The notes beneath the pieces were generated by a model, which worked only from the letters and a program-made list of their open reading frames with translations, was not told the origin of the DNA and searched no databases. Positions 18,744 through 27,823 of a stretch of DNA of 64,000 nt are shown here, piece by piece. Made by a program: the position numbers and the translations under genes. Numbering within the stretch: the stretch's first letter is position 1; each line of letters opens with the position of its first letter. Source of the DNA: a virus; the IMG/VR virus record IMGVR_UViG_3300023242_000004, positions 1-64,000 of that record. The stretch is one strand, 5' to 3'.

Positions 18744-19915
18744 TAATCACGTCTAAAAATAACTTTATTGTTATCACCATCTTTAACTATCTTATTAGAA
18801 CCAATTCTTTCCACCATATTAGTAGTTTTTGGTTCTGGAACTTTAACAGAAAAACCTCTGTTTCCTTCTTTTATCTCTTTGATATCTTCTAACTCTATTT
18901 TACCCTTGACAGCAATTGGTTCTTTTTTAACGGTTTTTATTTCAATTTCTTCATTTACTCCCTCATTTACTCCCTCACCTTTTAATTTTTCAACAAGGGT
19001 TTCTAGGATGTCTTTTGTCGAATCTTTTTTAGTCGCAGTTTTTTTTAAAATATTTTTAAGACAGTCTAACCATTTTTTTTCAGTAACTTTTTTATTTTTA
19101 ACTACTTTTGTTTCTTCTTCAATAACGTGACCTGTTTCCAATATGAACACTTTATTTGTTATAAGAATTAAAGCGACAGCCAATGGGTCAAACACAAATA
19201 TTAATAATAATATCATATAGTTAACCACATTAGACATAGGAACACCTGTAAGTTCAGATATATACTTCAATGGCCCAACTTCACCAGCAATAGCGTTATT
19301 GGCCTTCTTTTCAAGCCCTTTTACATTATATGAACTGATAGAATCAGACAACACAGAATTTTTAACGTTTAATTCGTCAATATCTAGTGTTAATTTTTGA
19401 ATCTCTGAATTAGCAGACGCAATATCACTTCTAACACTATTTCTAGCTCTATTTGAGGTTGAACCATCCAAACGTGATTCTTGGTTAGTTCTAAGATTTG
19501 ATAATTGGTCTAAACGTTTTGTTTTACCATCAATAATTTTTTGGTTATCAGCTAGACTTTTTTCAAACACTATTTTTTTACCGTTTAACACACCTAATTC
19601 ACCTTCATGTATTTCTAATTTATTAGCTGTTTTTTGGTAAGCGTTTGAAAGAAAACCATAAATACCAACAGATGTGATTATCATAAGAACCCCAACACTA
19701 ATAGTTAAATATATTCTAAGACCTTTGGCTAGCTTATCCCAGTATGTATGTAGCGCTGTCGTGGTAACAATCTTACCCAATTCTAGTATTGATGCCATTA
19801 TAATGACAGCAGTACTAGCACCCGCAAATAATTGACTAAGCCCAAAAATTGAAAACCCAGCACTAGTAATAGCTATTATAATAGCTGTAATTAACATAAT
19901 ATATTTAAAATTCAT
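18743..19915 (-). CDS. multi-TM coiled-coil membrane protein
   Basis: 3 N-terminal TMs, coiled coil, GEVGPLKY, TM with IFVFDPLAV. Confidence 0.8.
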   Translation of the reverse strand: MNFKYIMLITAIIIAITSAGFSIFGLSQLFAGASTAVIIMASILELGKIVTTTALHTYWDKLAKGLRIYLTISVGVLMIITSVGIYGFLSNAYQKTANKLEIHEGELGVLNGKKIVFEKSLADNQKIIDGKTKRLDQLSNLRTNQESRLDGSTSNRARNSVRSDIASANSEIQKLTLDIDELNVKNSVLSDSISSYNVKGLEKKANNAIAGEVGPLKYISELTGVPMSNVVNYMILLLIFVFDPLAVALILITNKVFILETGHVIEEETKVVKNKKVTEKKWLDCLKNILKKTATKKDSTKDILETLVEKLKGEGVNEGVNEEIEIKTVKKEPIAVKGKIELEDIKEIKEGNRGFSVKVPEPKTTNMVERIGSNKIVKDGDNNKVIFRRD

Positions 19916-20820
19916 TTTTTATATTTTTTTTTTAATTTATTAATAACGTTTTCGTCATACTTTATAATTAACAATTGTATTTTGTTATTTTCACAAAACT
20001 TTAATTTAATATTATCATTAATTAATTGTTGTTTAAATTTTTCACTACCACCAAAAAATTTAAAGCTTTTATAGTGTTGTTCACCATTAAATTCAATACA
20101 CATATTATAATCTGGTAAATAAAAATCAAATGGTAATGGGTATTTATTTATACAATTATTAAATCTATATTGTGGTGTAAAATTAATTTTATTATTTTCT
20201 AAAAAAACCCTTATCTGTTTTTCACCTTTTGATTCTTTACAAATAGGACAACCATTTTTTCGATTACAATGTTTAATAAATGATTGATTAAATACTCCGT
20301 GAAGTGAACAAATTATTTTTACTTTATTTTTATAATTAACATAATTAACTAATGAATAATCATATTTATCACCATGAACTAATTTAGCTTTATTTATAAA
20401 ATCTTGTGTCGACATCTTTTCAGTACCACCACATTTTAAACAACCATTACCTTGTAAATGATTATTTGGTGTTTGTTCAAATACCCCATGTATTGGGCAA
20501 ATTATTTTAATTTTAGTTTTATTATTTACATATTCAACTAATGAATAATCATAAAAATTATTATGTTTAACATTCATCCTATCAACAACTGTTCTTTTGT
20601 GATTATTAATATTTTTTGTATGGTAATTATCACATTTTAAACAACCACTTTTACCATACAAATGTTTATCTGGTGTTTTTTCAAATACCCCATGTATTGG
20701 GCAAATTATTTTAATTTTAGTTTTATTATTTACATATTCAACTAATGAATAATCGTATTTATCACCATAAATTATTTTAGAATCATTAATGAATTCTTCT
20801 TTAGTTTTTTTCTTTCCCAT
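19912..20820 (-). CDS. free-standing putative homing endonuclease (three DUF723-like Zn repeats plus Vsr/PD-(D/E)XK-like domain)
   Basis: YDYSLVEY...IICPIHG.F...H..G.GC..C x3; LPFDFYLPDYNMCIEFNGEQHY. Confidence 0.85.
   Translation of the reverse strand: MGKKKTKEEFINDSKIIYGDKYDYSLVEYVNNKTKIKIICPIHGVFEKTPDKHLYGKSGCLKCDNYHTKNINNHKRTVVDRMNVKHNNFYDYSLVEYVNNKTKIKIICPIHGVFEQTPNNHLQGNGCLKCGGTEKMSTQDFINKAKLVHGDKYDYSLVNYVNYKNKVKIICSLHGVFNQSFIKHCNRKNGCPICKESKGEKQIRVFLENNKINFTPQYRFNNCINKYPLPFDFYLPDYNMCIEFNGEQHYKSFKFFGGSEKFKQQLINDNIKLKFCENNKIQLLIIKYDENVINKLKKKYKK
20476..20754. repeat. 75-nt identical direct repeat (20476-20550 and 20680-20754) inside the endonuclease
   Basis: Read directly from sequence. 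Confidence 0.85.
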
Positions 20821-20863
20821 ATTAATAAATATATAGCAACCACAAAAAATTACTTAAATTATT

Positions 20864-20941
20864 TTAAACCGAAAAGTATGCGGCACACCCAGCAACAGAT
20901 AACGCTAAAAATAACATTATATATCTAAACTTAATTTTCAT
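20864..20941 (-). pseudogene. orphan 5' fragment paralogous to the N-terminus of the 18743..19915 membrane protein
   Basis: MKIKFRYIMLFLALSVAGCAAYFSV* versus MNFKYIMLITAIIIAITSAGFSIFG; own TATTTATA box upstream. Confidence 0.75.
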
Positions 20942-20976
20942 ACTTTTTTGTTTTATTATAAATATACTAATTGCAA

Positions 20977-20999
20977 AAAAAGGGTTCTAAAACCCTTTT
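20977..20999. terminator. intrinsic terminator after the sigma gene
   Basis: AAAAGGGTT-CTAA-AACCCTTTT. Confidence 0.65.
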
Positions 21000-21001
21000 C
21001 T

Positions 21002-21832
21002 TTATTCATTCATTAATATTCGTAAACCTTGTGCGTTATGTCTTAATTTTCGTATAGCCTTCTCCTTTATTTGACGAATTCTTTCTTTCGTCAACCCGTA
21101 ATTTTCACCGATTGCCTCCAAAGTCATTGACTCACAGTCTGTATTTATACCAAAATAACACTCGATTATCATTCGTTCTCTGTTATCTAAGACATCTAAA
21201 ATTTTAGCTAACCCATCTTTTATTTTTTCATTTATTTCTAACTCATCAACATCAATTGATTCAGATGGAATCAATTCTATTAACTCATCACCGTCTTCAT
21301 TTATTAATTGGTTTAGAGAAGTTGCTCTTGGAAAATTTAAAGTTGCAGCTATTTGACTATCACTTTTTAAAATCTCACCAAAAACTGGTTGTCTTTCATT
21401 ATCATTTTCAAATCTAGAAATTTCTTTATTCAATTTTGTTATCTTATTGATAATGTTAGCTGGTAATCTAACCACCCTAGCGTTATCATTAAGGCCTTGT
21501 ATAATAGATTGTTTAATCCACCAAACAGCATATGATATAAACCTAAAACCTCTATTATGGTCAAACCTACTCGCTGCTTTAATTAAACCGTAATTACCTT
21601 CACTAATCAAATCAGATAAAGCCAAGCCTTGATTTTGATATTCTTTTGCGATTGAAATGACAAACTTTAAATTTGCTTTTACTAATTCTTCGGTGGCTTT
21701 AGTGTCACCATCTTTAATTCTTTTCGCTAAATTAACTTCCTCTTCTGGTGTTAATAACACCGATTTTCTTACTTCCTTAAAATATTTTGCGATGCTATCA
21801 TCTGTTTCAAAATTTGTAAACCTTTTGTCCAT
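21002..21832 (-). CDS. RNA polymerase sigma-70 family factor (RpoD/RpoS-like)
   Basis: ANLKFVISIAKEY, DLISEGNYGLIKAA..FD...GFRFISYAVWWIKQ, TLEAIG...GLTKERIRQI. Confidence 0.95.
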   Translation of the reverse strand: MDKRFTNFETDDSIAKYFKEVRKSVLLTPEEEVNLAKRIKDGDTKATEELVKANLKFVISIAKEYQNQGLALSDLISEGNYGLIKAASRFDHNRGFRFISYAVWWIKQSIIQGLNDNARVVRLPANIINKITKLNKEISRFENDNERQPVFGEILKSDSQIAATLNFPRATSLNQLINEDGDELIELIPSESIDVDELEINEKIKDGLAKILDVLDNRERMIIECYFGINTDCESMTLEAIGENYGLTKERIRQIKEKAIRKLRHNAQGLRILMNE

Positions 21833-21919
21833 TAAACTGTTTCATTTTAATCTTATTTTGTTATGTTTTAACAATACAAATATACGAAAAAACCCAATAA
21901 AGTCAAGGGTTTTTGCACA

Positions 21920-22450
21920 TTATTTTGCTAATAATGGTAATATTTTTTTATCGTATTCGCTCATATTTTCTAAACCATTATCCATAATTTGATTTATCAA
22001 ATTTTCTCGTTCTTTTTTAGTCATATTTTTAATATCAACCTCATTAATAACTTTTTTTTCGTTTGTTTGGTTTTCAATTACAGCATCTTCAATTTCCTCT
22101 GTGTTGGTGGGGTTCGGTTTAGAGGCCATGACCTTTAAAAACTCAATCGTTTTTGTATCAAGTTCATTATTAGTTATTTTACCTATAAATCCAAATAAAC
22201 CGTCATGTACATCTTTTTTGGTTATTAAGTACCCAGAGTTTGTTGGGTCTAAATCAAAGACCATAAAACTTCTGTTATTTAAAGTAAACCAAGCCGATAT
22301 TTCTTTAACATCAACAAAAGAAGTGAACGTACCTATGATTATACCTCTGGCATCCAATATGTTGGGTTTAGAATCACTAATTTTTTCAATTTCTTTAAGA
22401 ACACCATCGGTATCACCCATGATAATCACACAATAATTTTTAAATTTCAT
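21920..22450 (-). CDS. hypothetical protein
   Basis: ORF after TAnnTTTG at 22467-22474. Confidence 0.7.
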   Translation of the reverse strand: MKFKNYCVIIMGDTDGVLKEIEKISDSKPNILDARGIIIGTFTSFVDVKEISAWFTLNNRSFMVFDLDPTNSGYLITKKDVHDGLFGFIGKITNNELDTKTIEFLKVMASKPNPTNTEEIEDAVIENQTNEKKVINEVDIKNMTKKERENLINQIMDNGLENMSEYDKKILPLLAK

Positions 22451-22497
22451 ATATCGTTATTTTAAACAAAGGTACTACAATTAACTAGCAATTGCAA

Positions 22498-25308
22498 CTA
22501 TTTTACGCTAATACTAGACAGATTATCTTTTTTAATAACTGTAATAATATTATTTGACCAATCCTTCACCAAATCATTGTGCGTAATAAAGAAAACAATT
22601 TCATACATATCTTTTATTTTATCAAAGAGATTTTTCAATTTTTCTAAATTTTCTGATGCCACTTTACCTAATACTTCATCAAAAGTAATAAAGTTAGGCA
22701 TAGGTAAAGTAGATAATTTACCTAACACTGCTCTAAGTGCTAAACTAGCCGCTGTTTTCTCTAACCCAGAACCAGATTTTAGTAATTTAGATATACCATC
22801 TTTAACCATTAAAAATTGGACATCGTTCTTATCATTCATAGATATCTCAATATCGAAATCTACAACATCTTCTAACAATCTTTGTGCTTCAGAATTAATA
22901 ATCGGTAAAACAGAACGCAAAACTAATTTACTAATACCTTTCTTACCAACCAACTCGATATAAATCTTGAAAATCTTATCAACTTCTTCTTCTTTTTTTA
23001 TCGTTTCTATTAATTTTGTTTTAGTGATAACACTAGTTTTATTGGTTTGTATATCTGCTTGAACCCTTTGTATGTTTATAATTGTTTGGTCTTTTGAATA
23101 TTCGCAAACCGCTAATTTTGTTTTAACGTCGATAACTTTAATCTCTATTTTTTTATTAAACTCAATAGCATGCAAATTAAGCTGATATTTTTTAAGGTCA
23201 TTTTTCTTTGCGATTACATCATTTCTCAACGAACCCATTTCAACTTCCATTCTATCAACATTTAACTCTAGTTTATTTTTGTTATCAATTAGCAATTTGT
23301 TTTCATTTAAAGTAGTTAATTTAGCAGATAACGAATTTAACGTTTCATCAACACCCAAAACTTCTTTTCTTAAATTTTCTATTTCCAATTCATGTTTAGT
23401 TATGTGTAGTGAGTTATCCACATCATCTAATTTTCTATTACACGATTGACAAACACCACCAGCAATCAAACCAGTCACAACTTTTTCAAGCCTTGTTATC
23501 TCAGCCTCTTTTAACGCTTTATTTGTAGTGTTTACATTAAAATCTTTAGAGAATTCTAAATGTTTATCTTCATCAAAATCAATTTCACCAATTGCGGTTA
23601 TCTTAACTTTTAACCCAGCAACCTTTTCTTTAAATTCAACACCTTTATCAATTAATTTATCAACTTCACTTTCTAATTTTTCTGGGTTAAGTTCTGAAAT
23701 GGTAACGTCGATTTTTTCTTTGCTATCGATTAAATCGTCTTTACTATCAGTAAGTGTTTGGATTTCAGATTTAGTGTTACCCAATTTTTGTTTTAACTCA
23801 ACATCTAATTCTTCACCCAAAATAATTTTATCATTATGGTCATCTATTTCTTCACCTAAAGTAATAACATCATATTCATTAGATTTTTTCTTCCTAGCAA
23901 ATTCATTATACATTTCTCTAGCCGCTTTTTCTTTAAGTTCTAGTATTTCTAAACCAATAAGCCTAGTTAAAATTTTTCCAGATTCAGTTGTAGTCAAACC
24001 AATAAGGTCGTCTAAGTTTTTTTCTGTTGCCAACACTAACATCTCAAAATCTTTTTCACTACCAATAGTTTCTTTAAGCCTTCTAGTTGTTTGAGTAGCG
24101 TCTTCTTCATTTAACGCTTCTTCTTCACCATCTGGAAGTATTCTGTAGTAGTTAACTCTATTTGTAACAGTCCAACCACCATCTTTTTTAGCCGTGCGTC
24201 TCATTTTACGCTCAATGATAGTCTCTTCACCCTCAATTTCAATCATACCTCTTACTACTAGTTCGTTCTTATTACTGTAGGTGTTGAAGATTTGTTCGTT
24301 TGTGTCTGTTTTTGTTGTGTTACCATGTAACAAAAATTTAATAGCGTCAATAGTTAAAGTTGTATTATGAGAAACTATACCATTGGAATAATATTGGTGG
24401 ACTTCATCTACTTGAATATCATATAGAGTATCTTTGAAATCCATCAACTTAATAGATTTAACATTAGATATTCCATTAACTGTTTGAATCCGCTCACCAA
24501 CTTCTACTTCTTTTAAAACGACAAATTCACCATCTTCTTTTTTAAGCCTGTGATAGTCAGCGCCCTCAACATATTTTCCATCTTCAAGCTCACAGCGATA
24601 TACATCCGCATTCTCTTCAGTGATACCACACCAAGTAATATCTTTATACCCGTAAGGTGTATTAACCTTAAAACCTAAATCACCATATTTTTCATATATC
24701 GAATTTAACTCACCGATTGTTATTTCGTCTGGTAAAACCCCTATTTTTTTACCTATTTCTTCCTTATCAAATTGTATATTTATCCGAGTGTCAGACCTAA
24801 CACATTTACCACCTTGATTAGCTGGAATTGAATTTACTATAGTTAAACCTTTTAATTTGCTAAAAGGAACGTAATTACTTTCACCAAAGGATAAGAAATT
24901 ATCTATCATAAGCCATTTAATTGACCAACTTCTATGTGTTGTTTGCGTTAAATCAACATTTAATTCACCGTTTACCTTGTCATCTAAAGCAACAATACGG
25001 TTGAAATCAACATTCTTACCATCTCTAGTAATTAACTCTTTCATAAGCGCTCTTTGATAGTTAACATCCATGATGTTCTCCATACCAGCACCAGTGATTT
25101 CAATGGCATCACCATCGGTATTGAACCTAACTGGTCTATAAACAACCGTTATATTATTTTTTTGAACACCGTACTTGTTAGCTATATAGTTTCTAATCTT
25201 ATTTTTGGCCTCTTTGCTGTAGTTGTGTGGTTGGTCATCCCAATATACTTTAATCTTGGAATACGGTGATATTAATGTGTTATCTAATGTATCTGTTTTA
25301 TTCGCCAT
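22498..25308 (-). CDS. sbcC: SbcC/Rad50 (gp46-like) ATPase with mini-intein
   Basis: IDNFLSFG, Walker A NQGGK|TT, coiled coil with CQSC Zn-hook, signature SGLEK, Walker B FITFDE, ITHN. Confidence 0.92.
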   Translation of the reverse strand: MANKTDTLDNTLISPYSKIKVYWDDQPHNYSKEAKNKIRNYIANKYGVQKNNITVVYRPVRFNTDGDAIEITGAGMENIMDVNYQRALMKELITRDGKNVDFNRIVALDDKVNGELNVDLTQTTHRSWSIKWLMIDNFLSFGESNYVPFSKLKGLTIVNSIPANQGGKCVRSDTRINIQFDKEEIGKKIGVLPDEITIGELNSIYEKYGDLGFKVNTPYGYKDITWCGITEENADVYRCELEDGKYVEGADYHRLKKEDGEFVVLKEVEVGERIQTVNGISNVKSIKLMDFKDTLYDIQVDEVHQYYSNGIVSHNTTLTIDAIKFLLHGNTTKTDTNEQIFNTYSNKNELVVRGMIEIEGEETIIERKMRRTAKKDGGWTVTNRVNYYRILPDGEEEALNEEDATQTTRRLKETIGSEKDFEMLVLATEKNLDDLIGLTTTESGKILTRLIGLEILELKEKAAREMYNEFARKKKSNEYDVITLGEEIDDHNDKIILGEELDVELKQKLGNTKSEIQTLTDSKDDLIDSKEKIDVTISELNPEKLESEVDKLIDKGVEFKEKVAGLKVKITAIGEIDFDEDKHLEFSKDFNVNTTNKALKEAEITRLEKVVTGLIAGGVCQSCNRKLDDVDNSLHITKHELEIENLRKEVLGVDETLNSLSAKLTTLNENKLLIDNKNKLELNVDRMEVEMGSLRNDVIAKKNDLKKYQLNLHAIEFNKKIEIKVIDVKTKLAVCEYSKDQTIINIQRVQADIQTNKTSVITKTKLIETIKKEEEVDKIFKIYIELVGKKGISKLVLRSVLPIINSEAQRLLEDVVDFDIEISMNDKNDVQFLMVKDGISKLLKSGSGLEKTAASLALRAVLGKLSTLPMPNFITFDEVLGKVASENLEKLKNLFDKIKDMYEIVFFITHNDLVKDWSNNIITVIKKDNLSSISVK
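24364..24804 (-). mobile_element. cis mini-intein (147 aa, no endonuclease) in the SbcC Walker A
   Basis: GGK|CVRSDT...GADYHRL...LYDIQVDEVHQYYSNGIVSHN|T. Confidence 0.92.
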
Positions 25309-25699
25309 AAATGTCGGTTTTATTTTTATTTTTTTCTTTTTCTAATTCTTTATTAACTGTTTTTAACTGTTCAGTTAGTTTTGATATTTGTTCTTTTAAT
25401 TTGCTTTGTACACCATTATTAGTTGTTGACTCTTTTTGTAATTTATTAATTTCATCAACCATTTTTTTCGTTTCTAAATCATCAGTAATATAAACCTCTT
25501 TTTCAACTATTACCTCAACTACTTTTTCAACTTCCACTATTTTTTCAACTATTTTTTCAGCAACGGCTGGTGAGGCTCCAAATTTCTCAACGGTAAAACC
25601 TTGCTTAACTAATTTCATAGTAAACTCATCAATGTTTGTCACATTGTTAAGTCTACAGTAATCCCATATTTCATTTTTAATTTGTTGCGGTAGCTCCAT
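25298..25699 (-). CDS. hypothetical protein with VEK repeats and coiled coil
   Basis: ORF, coupled to sbcC. Confidence 0.7.
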   Translation of the reverse strand: MELPQQIKNEIWDYCRLNNVTNIDEFTMKLVKQGFTVEKFGASPAVAEKIVEKIVEVEKVVEVIVEKEVYITDDLETKKMVDEINKLQKESTTNNGVQSKLKEQISKLTEQLKTVNKELEKEKNKNKTDIYGE

Positions 25700-25916
25700 C
25701 TAATTTATTATTTACGTCTTCTTGTGTTTGGTGGAAGAAACAGACTTCTCTACCATGCTCATCCACATATAATGCAATTATTGGTTTATCTAAACGATAA
25801 ACTAAACTGTTCTCATCTTCTGGGTCTAAAAGACCTACTTCACCATTTACAATACTATAACCATCCATAGATTCTGGAATAGCCGCAATAAACTCTTTTA
25901 ATTCCCCTAACGTCAT
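25677..25916 (-). CDS. hypothetical protein
   Basis: Short ORF, coupled. Confidence 0.6.
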   Translation of the reverse strand: MTLGELKEFIAAIPESMDGYSIVNGEVGLLDPEDENSLVYRLDKPIIALYVDEHGREVCFFHQTQEDVNNKLDGATATN

Positions 25917-25932
25917 ATTTTTTGTTTTTGTT

Positions 25933-26151
25933 TTATAAATTTGTTATTTTTTCTGTTCCGTTTTCAATATCCTCAATTGATTTAATTTTAAATTGATAAT
26001 AAGGGAACTTATTTTCAACATCGTGTTCAGTATATGTTTTAGTTGGGATGTCCCACAATAAAAACCCATGTTTTGTTAAGTTTTCACCAAAGTTTTGTTG
26101 TATCAATGATGAACTCATCATTATAGGAATCACTTTTTTCATTTTAATCAT
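25933..26151 (-). CDS. sbcD: SbcD/Mre11 nuclease, C-terminal fragment
   Basis: IPIMMSSSLIQQNFGE...HGFLLWD matches the YxGS...FGE...KG segment that follows motif V in SbcD. Confidence 0.8.
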   Translation of the reverse strand: MIKMKKVIPIMMSSSLIQQNFGENLTKHGFLLWDIPTKTYTEHDVENKFPYYQFKIKSIEDIENGTEKITNL

Positions 26152-27043
26152 ATTTTTTATATTTTTTTATCACATTAGCTAATAAGAATTTAAAATTTTT
26201 CTTTTTTATTTCCATTTCCCAAAATCTTTCTAAATTATAACCTTTTTCTAAGGCTAATTTATTCTTAAATTCATCATTTTCTTTATTTTTAATTTGAATT
26301 TCGGTTAAAATACTTAATTCATTATATTTAATAGGGTTTACATGCCAATAATCACCATCAGCTTCAATTAATAAATTTAACTCTATTAGGTAAAAATCAT
26401 AAGTTTTAAATTTATTACCATAATAAACATCATATTGGGTTTGAAACTTAATTTTATTTTCTATTAAAATATTACTAATTTTAATTTCAATATTTGTACC
26501 TTTAGTTTTCTTTAACCCTTCCCTCATTAACTGAAATGATGTTTTACCATATTTTAATAAACATGTATTATTAGCGATTTCTCTAAATTCTTTAACGCTT
26601 AATATACACTCAGCACCATATTTATCTAAATTAGTTTCATTTTTCTTTAAACAAGATTCCTCATCTGTACCCATCCAAAATCCATTATCATTAAAAAATT
26701 TTTCATGTCCAATTTTAACTTTTTCTTTATGTTCATCATTCCGCCATATTTTTTTCATTCTAATAGAATGATGTTCTTTCCATTCATCACTATGCTTAAT
26801 GTTAAATACTGGGTTACCCTCTTTTAAATAAAGTTCTTTTTGATGAGAATCTTTACATATCCTAGAACAATATTTTTTCCCGTTCTCAAGTTTATTAGGT
26901 AACGTTTCAAATTCATTTTTACAATATAAACAATTTTCTTTAACTCTATTAACTTTTATTTCTTTATAACCAATATGTTGACATTTAATTGAACAATATA
27001 CTTTATTTTTAGTTTCTTTTTGACAGATTTTACATTTATTCAT
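26144..27043 (-). CDS. free-standing putative homing endonuclease (Zn ribbons plus Vsr/DUF559-like domain)
   Basis: CxxC...YCSxxC x2; YDFYL...LLIEADGDYWH...GYNLERFWE. Confidence 0.85.
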   Translation of the reverse strand: MNKCKICQKETKNKVYCSIKCQHIGYKEIKVNRVKENCLYCKNEFETLPNKLENGKKYCSRICKDSHQKELYLKEGNPVFNIKHSDEWKEHHSIRMKKIWRNDEHKEKVKIGHEKFFNDNGFWMGTDEESCLKKNETNLDKYGAECILSVKEFREIANNTCLLKYGKTSFQLMREGLKKTKGTNIEIKISNILIENKIKFQTQYDVYYGNKFKTYDFYLIELNLLIEADGDYWHVNPIKYNELSILTEIQIKNKENDEFKNKLALEKGYNLERFWEMEIKKKNFKFLLANVIKKYKKYD

Positions 27044-27054
27044 TTCTCTAAAAT

Positions 27055-27093
27055 TTTGTTGTATTATTATTTATTAATAAATATAACGACAAA
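27055..27093 (-). promoter_or_regulatory. hairpin containing a TATTTAT box upstream of the endonuclease
   Basis: 16-bp palindrome TATTTATTAATAAATA (27068-27083) with flanking TTTGTTGT/ACGACAAA pairing. Confidence 0.5.
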
Positions 27094-27107
27094 GCTTAAA
27101 AGATAAA

Positions 27108-27797
27108 TCAATTATCAATCTCCCAACCCATTTTTATATAAGTTTCTAAATCTTCTTCATTAATTTCTATATTTTGGATGTGATTAAACCCACTTCTAAT
27201 ATGGATATCACCACACATAACTATATCACACCCATCAAATATATTTATATTATAACCATGGTCAATCTCGTAACCAATATCTGTTTTTAAACCTATTAAT
27301 GGACCATGAAATAAACCAATATATGTTTTATCATCACCAAACTGTAATCTGGCCGATTCAATATCTGGTCTTTTATTTTCTTCAAAAATTGAATACACAC
27401 ACCAAACAACGTCACCATCTAAATAACATTTAGATTCTTTAAAATAGTTTATATCTTGGTCTGGTAAAAATTGAACCATCGGGCTAATACTATCCATTCG
27501 GTCTTTATTGTTCTCCAATAAATCGTGGTTACCAGCAATAATAACAACTGGACCTATTTTTTCTAATTCTCTCAAAAACCAAGTACCTAGCATCAATTGT
27601 TCGTTAGAAATAATAATTTTTTGGTGAACAAGGTCACCAGCGATTACTATTCTAATTTCTTCTTTTTTATACCCTTCTAATAATTCACCTAACTGATTTA
27701 AAAGAGTGTCAAAAGAATCTTTATATTCATCATGTAACCTAAAAGTCCTAATGTGAATATCCGCAAGATGAACACATTTTTTTATTTTATTACCCAT
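27108..27797 (-). CDS. sbcD: SbcD/Mre11 (gp47-like) nuclease, N-terminal fragment
   Basis: HLADIH, AGDL, GNHD, FHG, GDIH motifs I-V; ends soon after motif V. Confidence 0.9.
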   Translation of the reverse strand: MGNKIKKCVHLADIHIRTFRLHDEYKDSFDTLLNQLGELLEGYKKEEIRIVIAGDLVHQKIIISNEQLMLGTWFLRELEKIGPVVIIAGNHDLLENNKDRMDSISPMVQFLPDQDINYFKESKCYLDGDVVWCVYSIFEENKRPDIESARLQFGDDKTYIGLFHGPLIGLKTDIGYEIDHGYNINIFDGCDIVMCGDIHIRSGFNHIQNIEINEEDLETYIKMGWEIDN

Positions 27798-27823
27798 ATA
27801 CTTTTTTTTTTATTTTTAATGTG

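Noticed and set aside
21002-21832. Bacterial chromosome origin suggested by sigma-70, clpP, dnaJ and ssrA
   Set aside because: These are embedded among baseplate, primase, gp46/47-like and phage hypothetical genes with no bacterial operon context
26144-27107. Group I intron explaining the sbcD split
   Set aside because: Only 64 nt of AT-rich non-coding sequence upstream and none downstream; no P7/catalytic core recognisable; the downstream fragment has its own coupled ATG
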